A stretch of DNA of 63,098 nt, the filler included, from Octopus bimaculoides (lineage: Eukaryota), in the NCBI RefSeq assembly GCF_001194135.2. It is 4 parts of 4 records of this genome, joined end to end, with 100 filler letters (N's around TTAATTAATTAA, not from the genome) between each part and the next. Parts side by side here need not be neighbours in the genome. Positions count along the whole stretch, not along the records: positions 52,054 to 63,098 come from NC_068998.1; 3 more parts are not named here. The stretch is one strand, 5' to 3'. Of this stretch, positions 61,676 to 63,098 are shown in pieces. Each line of letters starts with the position of its first letter. The stretch's first letter is position 1. Made by a program: the position numbers and the translations under genes. The notes beneath the pieces were generated by a model that was given only the letters and a program-made list of their open reading frames with translations, was not told where the DNA came from and did not search any database.

Positions 61676-63098
61676 ATAAAATCCAAACAAATTTGTTATG
61701 TTAAATAAGTCTGATTCTGTGTTGTATAAAAATATCTGATGTTTAAGATACAGTTTCTTTGAAGACTATTATGTCCTGGTGTGAACTCCTCCATCCTTCT
61801 CTATCTTGAGCAATTTTATTTAGTCCATTCTTCAATTTGATTTCCAAGGTTGTTTTTGCTTCCCAAAGAATTATTCTTTTCTGAGATTCTCTTATTCAAA
61901 AAATTTTCTTCATATTTTTTCACTGTTCTTCTCAAAATGTATGATCTGTTGTATTTCAAATATGTCTCTCTTATACGACTGATAATGACCTTGAAACCAT
62001 AAATATAAAAGATTCTTTAAGCTTGACCAATCAATCTGAGCCCAAACCTCTCCCCTTTACTTATGATGCAGACTTAGGTTGTGTAACTCACCCTACCAGG
62101 TCTCCAGGTCTTGGTTCTTACCAAGCAGAACTAGGTTGGTTTGTGGGTGTGATGTATATCTAAAAGTAAGTATCTGATATGGGTTATTGAAAATTGAAGA
62201 ACTTGTCTAATTTAGTTGAAGTCTTAACTAATTGGTTGTAGATTGGGTTCTGCCAGATTTTGAGTGCTGTTCTAAATTTGGCTGTTTCAAAAGCCATGTA
62301 TGTCATATGCTGAAAGAGAGAAAGGGAATGAGAGAGAGAGGGAAAGAGTACGAGAGAGCGGGGGGAGATAGAAAGAGTATGACAAAGAGGGAGAGAAACG
62401 AATGTGAGAGAGAGGGGAAGTGCATGAAAGATAGAGAGGAAGGGCATAAGAAAGAGAGAGAGAGAGAGAATGAGAATGAGGGTGAGAGTGTTGTTTTGTC
62501 GTTATTTGATGGAAAGTAGCTGGGCTCCAAACCACAAGGAAAAAAAAGAAAAACAAATGTTTCATTTATTTATTTATCGTTTCATATGTAAAGTAAATCA
62601 CATTATTTAAATTAAAAATGAAAAAAAGAAGAAAAACCAAAAAAAATTCTCAGCCTCTTTCCCATAACAACAACAACAACAACAGCAACATCAACAATAA
62701 TAATAATTCAATACTGGAACATTTCTTTTCATTTCTCATCAAATATAAAACAAAAAAATTATATTTTTTAAAGTTTTTATCAAATCATTTCATTGAATTT
62801 TTTCATCAGTTTTTTTTTTTTTTTTCATATTAAAAATTTTTTAAATTAATGAAAATCCGTTAAAAAATTTTACCGCCAAAAAAAAGAATTGTGTGAAAAA
62901 AGAAAGAGTAAAAATGAGTTTCATTTTTTATTTTTATTTTTTTTTTGTAAATTACTCATTTTTGAGAGTTTGTCTGTGGTGGACGAAACTGCTCGCATTT
63001 ATTATGAAGTTTATTTACTTCACAATTATTTTGAATAATTTTTAATTACTCTTTTTTTTGTTTAATTCTGCACAAATAATAAACATTTACTTAAGTTT

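Overview
This is repeat-dense, gapped animal genomic DNA, very probably an octopus or other cephalopod scaffold. That call rests on a NUMT with the nad4L(-)/trnT(+)/trnS2(-)/cob(-) order and on octopus-type tRNA-derived SINEs and CA/TA/CATA microsatellites. Most ORFs in the supplied track are microsatellite or N-gap artefacts. The best host-gene candidate is a two-exon minus-strand gene (40832-40703 and 30437-30085). Its TATA box, Kozak ATG, phase-matched GT/AG sites and AATAAA are all visible. It predicts a 160-aa protein with a signal peptide, five N-glycosylation sequons and what looks like an alpha-crystallin/HSP20 domain, i.e. a putative secreted small heat-shock-like glycoprotein. A second minus-strand gene candidate ends in a terminal exon (11397-10533) encoding about 15 copies of a 14-aa acidic Cys/Gly repeat. 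The window also holds about 8 hammerhead-ribozyme motifs from several Penelope-like or SINE-like families, a full-length decayed mariner, a decayed Ty3/Gypsy with a tRNA-Gln PBS, R4/Dong-like LINE fragments, a solo LTR, a Helentron-like element enclosing a Gypsy integrase fragment, and several foldback/MITE elements. All protein-family calls come from motif recognition by eye; no database search was run.
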